A stretch of 64,000 nucleotides of DNA. It comes from Scenedesmus sp. PABB004. Its lineage: Eukaryota. Below the pieces are notes generated by a model. The model made no database searches. It was not told the origin of the DNA and saw only the letters and a list, made by a program, of their open reading frames with translations. Position 1 is the first letter of the stretch. Every line of letters begins with the position of its first letter. The translations under genes were made by a program, and so were the position numbers. Location: assembly GCA_014905635.1 (NCBI GenBank), contig JABVCE010000010.1, forward strand, positions 868,001 to 932,000, written 5' to 3'. Positions 25,544 to 39,218 of this stretch are shown here, piece by piece.

Positions 25544-26300
25544 GCCGCCCGCGCGGCGCCGATCGCGTGTGCGGGGCGGCCGCTCGCGCGAGCTGCTCTC
25601 GCCGGTGACCGGCCGCGGTTGGGCGGGCCGCTGCCGTGGTTGGATCTGATCCGTCTATGCGGGCGCATAACCGCGGGCGCAGAAGCTGGCCCGCGGCCGC
25701 ACGACGCGCACGAGTGCGCCCCGCGTGTGCTGGGCGCGTGCCCCTCGCGCGCCCCTGCTGAGTGCGGCGCCGTGTGTCAGTGATTGCGCGAGTGATTGCC
25801 GCATTCAGGAAGCGCACGTGCGCCGCGGCAGAGAGCAGCACAGCGCGCGCCGCCGCCGGTCAGCGCGCGCTGCGCGGCGCGCGCCCGTTGCTCTCGTGCG
25901 TGCGGACAAAGGCGGGGAGGCCCGCAACGCAGCCTGTACACCGACGCAGCACGCCAGCACAGGGGATTGACGGATCGCAGCACCACGCGCCACCCGGCCT
26001 GCCTCACGAGGGCGATCAACGCAAACACCGCCCCAAAATCAGTCGGCCAGCCAAGAAGTGCAAGTGAGACCAAGAGAGACCAGTGCGGGCCGCGCCTGGT
26101 GCCGTCGAGAATAGAGGACAGACAGCCTTGTGTGTGCCCAGTCCGAGCAGCTCGTAGGAAGCCCTGCGCACGCAGCGATGCCACGCACGCACAACCCGAG
26201 AGTGTCGCCCATGCCCCCGAGTGCCGACCGCGCGTGCGCGCCGAACCACCTCAACCAGCTCAACGCCCGTGCTGAACCACCGGTGCGACGCGCGCCCGCA

Positions 26301-28136
26301 TCAGCCGGACGAGCGCGGCGCAGGCCCGGCCGCCGCCGCCGAGCCCGCCGCCGTCGGCGGCCCCGCTGCGCAGCACGGCGGCGACGCGCCCCGCCCGCCG
26401 CCGCCCGGCGCGGCCTGCGCGCCGCGCGCCGCGTCCGCGTCCGCGTCCGCGCCGGCGGCGCGGCGCTTGACCATGACCTCCAGGAGCGCGGGCGGCTGCG
26501 AGATGAACGGCCAGGCGTGCACCGCGCTGCGCGCGAGCTGCAGCGGGTCCAGGGTGTTTATGAACTGGAACACGAGCGTGCGCGAGCTCTCGCGCAGCCG
26601 CCACACCAGCCGCCCCAGCTCCACGAGCAGCGCGTCCGTCGCCTCCACTGCCTCGAGCTGCTGCCAGCTCAGCACGCCGCCCGCGCCGCCGCCGCCGCCG
26701 CTGCTGGGGCCGGCGCTGCCGGGGCCGCCGCTGCCGGAGTCGCCGCTGCTGTGACGGCCATCGCCAGTCGCGTTGCTGCCCTGCGCGCTCGCAGGCGCGT
26801 GGCCGCCCGTCAGCAGCACCTGCAGCTGGGCCACAACCTCCTGCATCTGGCGCGTGAGCTCGCTACGCTTGGTGTTGTACCTGTTGGCCCACAGCGGAGC
26901 GGGCTGGTGAGCGGGCGGCGCGGTCCGGGTTGCGCGGACATCCACGCCGCCCCAGCGCTGCGCGGGCCGGGAGCACCGCGCGCACCAGACAAAGCCGGTG
27001 TGCAGCCGCTGCTCCTGGTCCGGCCGCAGCCCGAGCGCCTCATCCACCACCTGCGCGCACGGCGGCAGCGGCGCGCGGTCGGGGCGCGCCGCGGCTCGTG
27101 CGCACCCCCCGCCGCGGGTGCTGGCGCTGCGCCCTCAGCCCAGCAGCCCGCGCTGGGCCCGGCGCCCCGCTCACAGTCCAGAGGCCTGGGTCGGGCGCCT
27201 CCTGCGCGAGCGTCTCGAGGTTGTGGCAGCTGAGCTGCAGGATCTTCTTGTCCTGCATGCGCGGCAGCGGCGGCGGCCGATCGGGCGCTCGCGGCGCGCG
27301 CACGCGCGCGGCGGAGGCCGGCGCCGCGCCCACGCGCGCGCGCGCACGCGCCGCACCTGGCTGAGGTGCAGCTGGAGAATGAAGGACGTGTACTCATCCA
27401 GCACGGCGCACAGCTCGGCGCGCGACCGCTTCAGCCGCGCGGCGCGCTGCGCATCGGGCTGCGGTGCCGGCGGCGCGCCGCCCCCGGACGCCCCGCCGCG
27501 CGCGGACGCCGCGCCGGGCGCAGCGCGGCGGCATCTCGCGTGACGCGGCGGACCATGCTGTTGTAGGCGCCCGCGAGCTCCTCCAGCGACGCGGTCTGGA
27601 TGTAGCGCACGCGCGCCGCGCAGTCGGGGCTGCTCAGAAAGTCGTGCAGGATGCGCGTCGTCGTGCTCAGCGGCGCCGCGGCGGCGGCCGCGTGGGCGCT
27701 GTCGGCGGCCTGCAGCAGCTGCGCCACGTCCATGTCCCGCAGCATCGCCTCGACCGCCGCGCCCTGCTCCTCCGCCGCATCGCCCTCGCCGCGCTGCTCG
27801 ATCTGCTCGGTCTGCTGTCGAAAAAGCAGCCGGCCCAGGTGGTAGAGCAGGTCCGCTTGCTGCAACACCGCGCCCGACAGCACCTGCGGCGCGCGGCGGT
27901 GGCGGTGAGTGGCGAGCAGCGCAGCAGCGGCGCTGCCGGGAGGCCGCCGCCGTCGGCGCCGCTGTCGCCGCCGCGTGCACGCGACCGCACCTGGTCACGC
28001 TGGCGCAGCAGCTCGTTGGCGCGCCCCAGCCGCCGCTGCTGCTGGAGCTTCTTTTCCAAAGCAGATTCCAGCGTCTGTATCGTGTGCTTGAGTGATCCCG
28101 GCCCGCCTGGATCACGCGCGCCTTCCTGAGCGGCAT
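26301..28136 (-). CDS. Coiled-coil (bZIP-like zipper) protein with a helical C-terminal domain, about 6 exons
   Basis: LKHTIQTLESALEKKLQQQRRLGRANELLRQRDQ heptads; WT/VVDEALGLRPDQ and LDPLQLARSAVHAWPF segments; apparent frameshift near 28100. Confidence 0.65.
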
Positions 28137-28426
28137 GGGGCCAGGGGATGGGGCCGGCCGCTGCTCCGGCCCGCGCCGCGCTGCTCCGGCCCGTGCGGGC
28201 GGCGCCGAGATGCGCGTGCGACGCCACAGGTCATGATGATGGGCCGGCCGAGCTGTGCGCCCCGGGGCAGCGCTGGGGCTGGGGCTTGTGGAGGCCCGCT
28301 GCGACGCAGCGGCAATGACGGCCGGCGGCGGCGCTGCGTGTGCATTCTGTGGCGCACCATACGCGGTGACGGTCTGGCCCCAGCGGACCGGTCGCGGCGC
28401 AGCAGCAATTCCACGCGCGTGGCGCG

Positions 28427-29931
28427 TTACGCGTCGGCGCCGGCGCCGCCGCCCGCCTGCTCGCCCGCGCCGTCCGCCCCGTCCTCGTACTCCGTGTCTG
28501 CCTCCTTGCTGCCCCCGCCGCCGTCGGCAGCGCCGGCCGCGCTGCCTCCTGCGCTGCCGCTCGCGCCCCCGCTGCCGGACGCCGCGCCGCCGCCCGCGCC
28601 CGGCTCGGCCTTGGCGCACGCGCAGAGCCGGCGCATGTAGTTGGCCGCGGCATCGCAGGCAAACGCCTCGGGCGGCGAGTCCTGGCCGACGAGGCAGAGC
28701 GCGGGGCGGCTGGCCTTGGGCGCCTCCTCGTCCACGATGGCGGGCATGCTCGGCGCGTGCGCCTCAGCGAGGCAGCCCGCCTCGCAGTCGTCGACCTCGC
28801 GCAGCCGGTCGCAGCTGTTGAGCAGCGTCAGGTGCCGCGCCGAGCAGGCCAGGCCCTTGCCCGCGCACGCCGCCGCGCACGACGCGCCCGACGCGCCCAG
28901 CAGCACCGTCACGCCGTCGAGGCTGCCCGGCGGCAGCGGCGGCGACAGCTGCGGGGCGGCGGCGCGCCGCGCGAGCGTCTCGTCGACGCGTGCGACCCGC
29001 GTGCGGACTTGCGCTCAACTCGCGCACGAATCGCGCGCGCCTCCCGCCCGCCCCGGCCCCGCCCGGCCCCGCCCCCACGCCCCCACGCCCCCGCGCCGCC
29101 GCACCATGGGCTTGCCGAGCTTTGAGAAGCAGTGGTGCCGCGGCCCGATGTAGGCGTTCTCGTGCGACGTGCTGCGCCCGTGCGTGCGGCAGGCGGCGAG
29201 GCAGTACTCAAACGCGTCGGCCCACACCCCGCTCGCCTTGTTGTTGGGCGCGCGCGGCGCCTCCTTGCGCCGCTCGTCCGCCTTGTTCGCGGGCGCCATG
29301 CAGCACGACACGCAGTGCTCAAAGCTCTCGCAGCAGCTGTCCAGCTCGTTGCACCTGCGTGCGCGCGCGCGCGGCGCGGCCGCGCGCGTCGAGCGGCGGC
29401 AGCGCGGCGCGGCGCGGCGCGGTGCGCTCGGCGGCGGCGCCCGCCCGGGCGCCGCTCGGTCGCACATGTCACAGTGGAACTGCTGCCCCCCGGTGCAGCA
29501 GCCCGTGCCGTAGTCCAGCTGCTGCGCGGCGCAGACCTTGCCGCGGTCGTCCGCCATGAACCACCTGCGGCGCGGGGGCGCTCGGGGCGCGCAGCCCAAC
29601 GGCGCGCCCGCTGCTGCCCCGGCGCGGCGCTGCCCGCCGGGGCGCGCGCCGGCACTCACGGCCCCTGCATGGTGTTGCGGCAGGTGTTGGTGCCCTGCGG
29701 CGGCATCGCCCTGCGCGGCGGCGGGCGGCGGCGAGCAACAGCGGCGGCGGTTGGCGGGGCCGCGCCGGCGCCGGCGCGCGGCCCCGCCGCCTGCCTCCGC
29801 GCGCACCGAATGAGCAGGCGCCGTCCCAGCGCCGACGGCGAAGCCTGCGCGCCCGCCGCGGCCGCCAGGAGGAGCGCGAGCCAGGCGGCGCACGCGCGCC
29901 GCCCGCTGCCGCCGCCGCGCCGCCGCGGCAT
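28427..29931 (-). CDS. SPRING1: SPRING/C12orf49 (UPF0454) family Cys-rich secretory-pathway protein with an extra C-terminal Cys-rich domain
   Basis: [56 protein letters not shown] matches the family cysteine pattern; signal/anchor at the N-terminus. Confidence 0.85.
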
Positions 29932-30492
29932 GGTGGCGCCGCTGCTGCCGCGTCGAGGAGCGCCTATGTGTGGGGCTGGGCAAGCTCTCTGCACGCTCCG
30001 AGCGGGGGAAAAGGAAGGCCGCTGCGGGGGCGAGAAGCGTTCTCGCCAGCACTGCTGCGTGCTGCCAAGGGCTGCGCCGTGGTGCCGGAGTGCGCTGGGA
30101 CTGGCCAGGGCGCGGCTCCTGGACCTGGCAGCTCGGGAGCGCGATGCCAGGGTGGTTTTTTTCCGCTCTGGGCCCCGCTGGGATGAGGCGTCGCGTCCCC
30201 TCGCTCCCTCCAGTCGCCACGGCCACGCAGCCGCGCTCCCAGGCCTTGCACAGCAGCCAGCGCGACTTTTCGCGGTCTCCGTCTCTCGCCCGCCGCTCCC
30301 GGCCAGGTGGGCGGTCGTGCGCGGCCCGAGCGAGTGCAGTCCTGGCAGGCGTGGCAATGAGCGCGGCCCTGGCGGCGGTGCTCGCGCCGGCGCCGGCGCC
30401 GCTGCCCGCCGGCCGCCGCCGCTGCCGCCAATTGCCGCGCCGCCGCCGGCCGCGCCGCGGCGCCATGCAGGCGCGCAGGCCGTCGTCGCAGC

Positions 30493-32987
<2,495 letters not shown>

Positions 32988-33109
32988 CGCGGCGGCGCCG
33001 CGCGTGAGCGTCGAGCACCGGGCGGGCTCTGTGGCTGCCGCAGCTGCCGGCGGCGGCTGTGGTAATCGTGGCACCGCAGTCTGCGTCGCGGCACGTGCCG
33101 CCGCGTATG

Positions 33110-33114
33110 TTACA
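33110..33114 (-). promoter_or_regulatory. TGTAA polyadenylation signal of CPN10
   Basis: ttaca on the + strand, about 63 nt past the CPN10 stop. Confidence 0.6.
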
Positions 33115-33176
33115 GCGCCCCCGCCCCAGCCGCTGCCGCTGCGCAAGCCAGAGAGCCAGCTGCGGGCTGCAGCGCG

Positions 33177-34151
33177 TCACTCCAGCTTTGCCAGGATGCT
33201 CTTCTCCGCCACGAAGATGATGTCGCCGTCAGGCACCTCCACCTCTGCGCCGCGCCGCGCGGGGCCGGGCGGGCGGCGGTGAGCGGTGAGACGCGGCGGG
33301 CAGGGGCAGCGACCGGCGCCCGCGGCGGCGCGCCGCGCGGCCGGGGGCGGGTGCCGTGACGGCGCGCGCCGCCGGGCGTGCGCCGCTGCTGTGGCCCGCC
33401 GCCGCCGGCGACGGCGCCGGCACCGCGGGCCGTGCGCGCTCGTGCGGGCGCGTCTCACCGGCCATGGCGTACTTGTTGAAGATCACCTTGTCGCCAGCCG
33501 CCAGCGCCAGCTTCACCTCGCTGCCCACCGCCAGCACCTCGCCAAAGTGCGCGTCCGAGTTGGACTTGGGCGGGCCCTTGGGCAGCAGGATGCCGGCGGC
33601 GGTCTTCTGCGGGCGCGCGGCGGGGGGCGGGCGCGCAGGGCGCGTGGGCGCGCCGCCGCCGCCGCCGCCACTGCCGCCGTCGCCGCCGCCGCCGCCGCCG
33701 CTGCCGCCGCTGCCGCCGCCGCCGCCGCCGCCGGCCGCTCTCGACCCGGCGCGCGTGCGGGCGATGCCACCGCGTGGCCAGCAGCCCCAGCGCGCCCCAC
33801 GCACCGGCTCCTCCTCAATCGGCTTGATCAGTACGCGGTCGTGTAGCGGCTCCATCTGCGGCGGCCGGCGCTGCTGTCAGCGGCGGCCGGCGCTCGTTGC
33901 GGCGGCGCGGCCGGCGCCCATTCGGCCGCGCCGCACCTTCTTGATGTCCATGCTCGCCTTCTCCGCCGTCAGCGCGGCGCGAGCTGCCAGCGGCCTGCGG
34001 GCTGCGCAGCGGGGCTCAGCTGCGAGCGCGCGCTCGCCCTGCGCGCGCCCGGCGCGGCGCACTCACCAGCCACGCGCGGCCGCTGCTGCTGCGCGCGTTG
34101 GCTGCCGCTGCTGCTGCACGCGCCGCGCTGCTGGCCGAGGCAGAGCGCCAT
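33177..34151 (-). CDS. CPN10: Chloroplast co-chaperonin 10 (GroES-like), 5 exons
   Basis: MEPLHDRVLIKPIEEEP/KTAAGILLP..GEVLAVG..GDKVIFNKYA..ILAKLE; transit peptide MALCLGQQRGACSSS. Confidence 0.93.
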
Positions 34152-34661
34152 CGTGGCTCCTGGCGGGCGGCTGGCGGGCACAGGTGGCGCGCGATGGGCG
34201 GGCAGGAGCGGGGGGTAGAGGCAGACCGCGGGGCTGCGCGTCGCGGGCCCGGTGGCGCGGCCCGGCAGCGGCGGCGCGCGGCGGCGCACGCCTCCGGAAG
34301 CGTGGCGGCGCAGGGCTCGGCGGCCTGCTGACAACGGGCTCAATTCAGCCGCGCGTCAGCCCCGGCCGCACGCACCTCTCCTCCTGTGAGCCGAACCGCC
34401 CAGCCGCCCTCGCAGCGGGCCGTGCAGCCGCGCGCGAGCGGCGGCGGCGCGACTTCAAAATCGCGAGCGGCCCCTGCGACCGCCCGCGCTGCGTCCGGGC
34501 GCGCGGATAGTTGTGCCGCGCCGACGACCGGCTCGCGCAGCGCCCCTGCTCTCTCTGCGCGCCGCCACAGGCCGCCGCGCGCTGCTGCTGCGTTCGCGCC
34601 GCGCGCCGCCCTCTGCACGGCCCGCCCCGGCCCGCCCCTGCCCGCACCTGTCGTCCCGAGC

Positions 34662-35833
34662 ATGGCGGCGACGGCGTTCCACTTTGCGCCGCCGCTCGGC
34701 GGCGCGGCGGCGGCGGCAGCAGCAGCGTCGCCGCCGGCGGTGGGCGCGGGCGGCGGCAGCCGCCTGGGCGGCGGCGGCGCCGCCGCCGCGCCCCCGGCCG
34801 CCGCCCCGCCGCCGGCGGCGCCCTCCGCAGCGGCGGAGCTGGCGCGGCTGACGGAGGAGTACGAGGGCGAAGGTCGGCGCGTGCCGCGCGGCGGTTGGCG
34901 CGCGGCGGCGGCCGGCGCAGCCGCATGCCCCAGCCGCGCCGCGCTGACGGCCCGCGCGTGCCTCCATCCCCGCGCAGCGGCGCTGGTGGGGGAGCAGCTG
35001 GAGCTGGTGGGCGTGACGCGCGACAGCCTCACCGCGCGGGGGCGGCTCGCGGTCGCGCTGCTGGCGGGCATCGCGAGCGCGCTCGGCCTCTCTACCGCCA
35101 GCCCCGCGCTCGTGCTGGCGGCGTGGGCGGCGCTGGCGGTGCGCGAGAGCAAGCTGGCGGCGCTGCAGGTGCGCGCTCGCGGCCGCAGCGCCCGCCGCCC
35201 TGCAGCGCGCCGAGCACGTGCGAGCCGTCCCGCCGACCCCCTCCTCGTCCCCGCTCCTCCCGCCGCGCACGCACACAGCACCAGCTGGAGCAGGAGGCCG
35301 GCGTGCTCGCGGCCAAGCGGCTCGCGGCGCAGGCCAAGCTCAAGGCGCTGCAGGGCGTGCTGCACGACGTGCAAGCGCAGCAGCGCCGCTGGGGCGCGAC
35401 CGTCGCGGAGGGCGCCAAGACCGCGGCGGCGATGCGGCAGAAGCACCAGGAGTACACGAGGCAGTGCGGCAAGCACACAAAGCGCCTCGCCGCCAACGGC
35501 TTCGCACCCGAGGCGCGCTGCGCGCGTCGGCGAGGCGGAAAACGCGGCGCGCGCGCGCATGCCCGCGCGGCGGTGGCTGCCGTGGGAGGCGCCGCCGACG
35601 CGCCGCGCCCGCGCGCGCCGCCGCCGCGGCAGGTGACGCACGGCGCGCTGGTGGCGCGCGCCGCGCGCGTGGAGGAGCTGGGCGCGCGGTTGGCGGAGCT
35701 CCGCGGCGAGCTGGCCGGCTTCCACTGCCTGCCCGACAGCGTGCTGGGCGCGCGCATGATGCTGGACCAGGAGTCCGAGCGCCTGGCGGAGAAGCAGGCG
35801 AGGCTGACCAGCCGGCTGGCCGACATGCACTGA
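34662..35833 (+). CDS. HAUS1: Augmin/HAUS complex subunit 1-like protein, 4 exons
   Basis: EEYEGE/AALV..LAGIASALGL, coiled coil, and a C-terminal VTHGALV..LAGFHCLPDSVLGARMML pattern like HAUS1/AUG1. Confidence 0.75.
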
Positions 35834-36277
35834 GCGCGGGCCAGCCGCGACCGAGCGCCGGCCGGTCGCGCGGGCGGCGGGGGGGGGGGGGGGGGGGGCG
35901 CGCGCCTGCCCGCCGAGCCGTGCCGTGCCCGGCGTGGTGGGTGGCTGAGATTCGAGAGCGCCTCGCACGTCGCACGGCCGGGAACATTGCAACACCGGCG
36001 GCCGCGCGCGAAACCGCCGCCGACAGGTGACGGCGGAAACCACGCCGCGCAGACCGCGGTGGGCCGCACGCGCCCGTCACGTGTGCTCGCGCGCCCCCGC
36101 AGTCTCGCTCTCGCCGCCCAGCTGCCAGCCGCGGGCCGGCAACCTCACCAACAGCAGATGGCCTCGCGCCGCCGCGCCGCACGCTGCCTGCCCGGCCTGC
36201 CCTGACACGCACACGTGCCTCACGCTTTTTCCGCGATGCCGCCGCACGCCTCCCGTCGCGCCGGCGCCGGCGGCGGC

Positions 36278-39168
36278 ATGGACGACGCGCTGCGGCAGCA
36301 CCAGCACCTGCAGTTCTGCCGCCAGCTCGAGGCGCTGCAGGCGCAGCTGTGCGAGGAGACCTACCTCTCCGGCGAGCTGCTGGCGTCCGTGTACGCCCTG
36401 GGCAAGTACTGCGCCACGCCCGCGAGCCCGCTGGCGCAGCTGGCGGCGGCGTTCCCTGAGGTGCGGGGCGCGCACGCGCCGCGCCGCGCCGCGCCGCGCG
36501 CAGTGCGCGGCGGAGGCCCGCCCGCCGCCCGCCCGCCCGCCAGTTCGCGGCCAAGCTGCAGCGCTTGCCGCTGAAGCCGCACCCGCTCAAGGAGCTGCAC
36601 ATGGAGCAGGTGTGTGAAGGGGCGAGGACCGCCTGGCTGCCCGCCTCAGTCGGCGCGGCGTGGCGCGGCGTGCGCCGCGCCACGCGTCAGCTGCCGCCAC
36701 GCGCGCGCCGCCGCAGATGGAGGGCGAGGCTGTCGGCACGATCCTGGCCAACGCAGAGGCGCTGGCGAGCGTGCTGCAGCCGATCTACCGCGAGCTGCAG
36801 GTGCGGGAGCGGTTGCACCTCCACGGGCCGGCGGCCGCGCTGCCATGCGCACGGGCGCCGCTGCCCCCCCCCCCTGCCGAGCTCGTGTGTGCGCGCCGCA
36901 GGACCTGGGCAAGTTCCTCGTGCGCGCCACCGGGCTGCTGGCGGACCTGCACCAGCTGCTCATCACCGTCACGGTGTGGCGTCGCCGCCGCGCCGCGCCG
37001 CGCGCTCGTGCGGGCGCCCCCGCTCCATCAGCTGCCGCTCCCTCCTGCCGCCGATCCCTCCCTCGACCGCCTCGCCCCGCCCCTCCCGCCGCGCAGATGG
37101 CGACCGCGCCGGGCGTGATCGAGTTCTTGATGACCCTCTTTGCCAACACCGCCCGCATCGCCCTGCTCGCGCCCCGCGTGCCCTGGCGCCTGCTCGTGCA
37201 GGTGCGGCCGCGCGGCGCAGGCGGGCCACGCGGCGGCGCGCGGGCGCGCGCCAGCGCGCGCCGCCGTGCGCGCGAGGCCGCGCCCGCCGCGCGTGGCCGC
37301 CAGGTGTACACCATCGTCACGACCGGCCTCGACGGCTCGTCGCCGCCGGGGCGCACCGCGGTGTGCGAGCTGCTCGAGCGCCTGGCCGAGCCGGTGGCGT
37401 ACCTGCAGGAGGTCTTTGCGCCCATCGCGCCGCGCGTCTCACAGGCGCGCCGCGCCGCGCCGCGGCGCGGTCGCCCGCGCGGCGCGCCGACGCGTGCTGT
37501 GCCGAGCCCGGCGCGCCCGCCCCGTCCCTCTCACGCCTCCCCCCATCCCTGGCGGCGGGTGCAGATCCTGGAGCTCGCCGTGAGCGCGGCGCTGGACCAC
37601 GTCGCGTGCGCGGCGGTGCTGGAGCGCAGCAGCGTGTTTGACGTCTCCCGCCTCGGGCAGACGCAGCTGGGCGTGACGGGGCTGTCGCCGGGCCGGACCT
37701 ACGCCTTCCTTACGCGCATAGACGACTTCCGGGCCTGGGCGGCGCTCGGGCTGCTGGCCTGCCCCGCGGCGCTGCAGGGCGTGCACGCGCAGCCGCTGCT
37801 GACCTCCCTGCTGTCCGAGTCCTTCCTGCTGCCCCTGCACGGCGACGTGGCGCTGCCGCTGCACGCGCTGTTTGCGGCCCACGTCACGCCCGCGCTCGAG
37901 GGCATCACCGCGGCGCGGCTCGACGCCGCCGGCGCGCGGCGCGGCGAGCGGAGCGCGGCGCTGGCCGACGCGCGGGCGCTCGTCGCGCGCTGCTACGACG
38001 CGGCGGCGCGCGGCGCCGAGGCGGAGCACGCGGCGCGGCGGCGCTTCGCGGCGCGCGTGCTGGGCGACATGCTGGCAGTGCTCAACGTGCGCGGCGGGGG
38101 CGGGGCGCGCTGCTGCGCTGGCAGCAGTCTCCCTCGCTCTCCCGCCCATCCACCCTCTCACCGCCACGCCGGCCCGCCCGCCCGCCAGGACGACGCGGGC
38201 CTGCTGCCCGAGGCGCTGCCCATGGCCCTCGCGGCGGCGGCGTACGCCAAGAGCGAGCTGCTGTGGTACTTCCGGCACGCGGGGGAGCGCCTGCCCGGCC
38301 CGCCGCCGCCCGCCGGGGGCGCCCCAAAGCTGGGCCTGCTCGGCGGGGACGGCGGCCCCGCCGCGGCGCCGCTGGCGGAGGACGGCCACGTCGCGGTGCT
38401 GGCGGCCGCGCTGACGGGCCTGGTGGACCTGCTGGAGGAGCACGCGGCGCTGCTGCAGGGCCACCAGCTCGCCACGATGCGCGCGCTGCTGGAGCAGCAG
38501 GTGCTGCCCGAGACGGCTGCGGTGCTCGCGGCGGCGGACCGCAGCGCGGCGGCGGTGCCGGCGACGGGCAGGGAGCGCCTGGTGCCGCGCATCCTGGTCC
38601 CCCTAATCAAGGTGGGCGCCAGTGTGTGCATGGGTGGGTGGGCGGGCGGGTGTGGGGTGCGGGGGGCTGGCTGGCGGGCACGCCGCGCCCGTGCGAATGT
38701 GTGCACGCAAACACGCACGCCCCCTGCATTGCCCCCCTGCCAGGGCGTGGTTTACCCCCTGGCTGAGCTGGCGGGCGCGGAGGACGCTGCGGCGGCGGCC
38801 AAGGCCGTGGCGGCCGGCGCCGGCGCCGGCGGCCAGCCCGGCCCCAGCAGCCGCGCGGCCGCGCAGGGCGACGCTGGCGCCGGCGGCTGCGACGAGGGCG
38901 AGGCGCCGCACAGCCCCGCCGCGGCGGCGCGCGCCGCGGCGCGCGTGGAGGGCCCCGCGGTGCTGGCGAGCGTGCAGCGATGCATGGTGCACCTCACGAT
39001 GCTGCTCTCCAGCCGCAACCTGTGGATGCGCCCCGCCGTGCTGGAGGCGCCAGCGCAGGACCCGCAGTATCTCGAGGCCCTGCACAGGGTGCGGGCCCCG
39101 CCCACGCCGGCGCCGCCGCGCCGCGCCGCGCCGCGCCGCGCCGCGCCGCGCGCCCCCCTGCCAGCACT

Positions 39169-39218
<50 letters not shown>

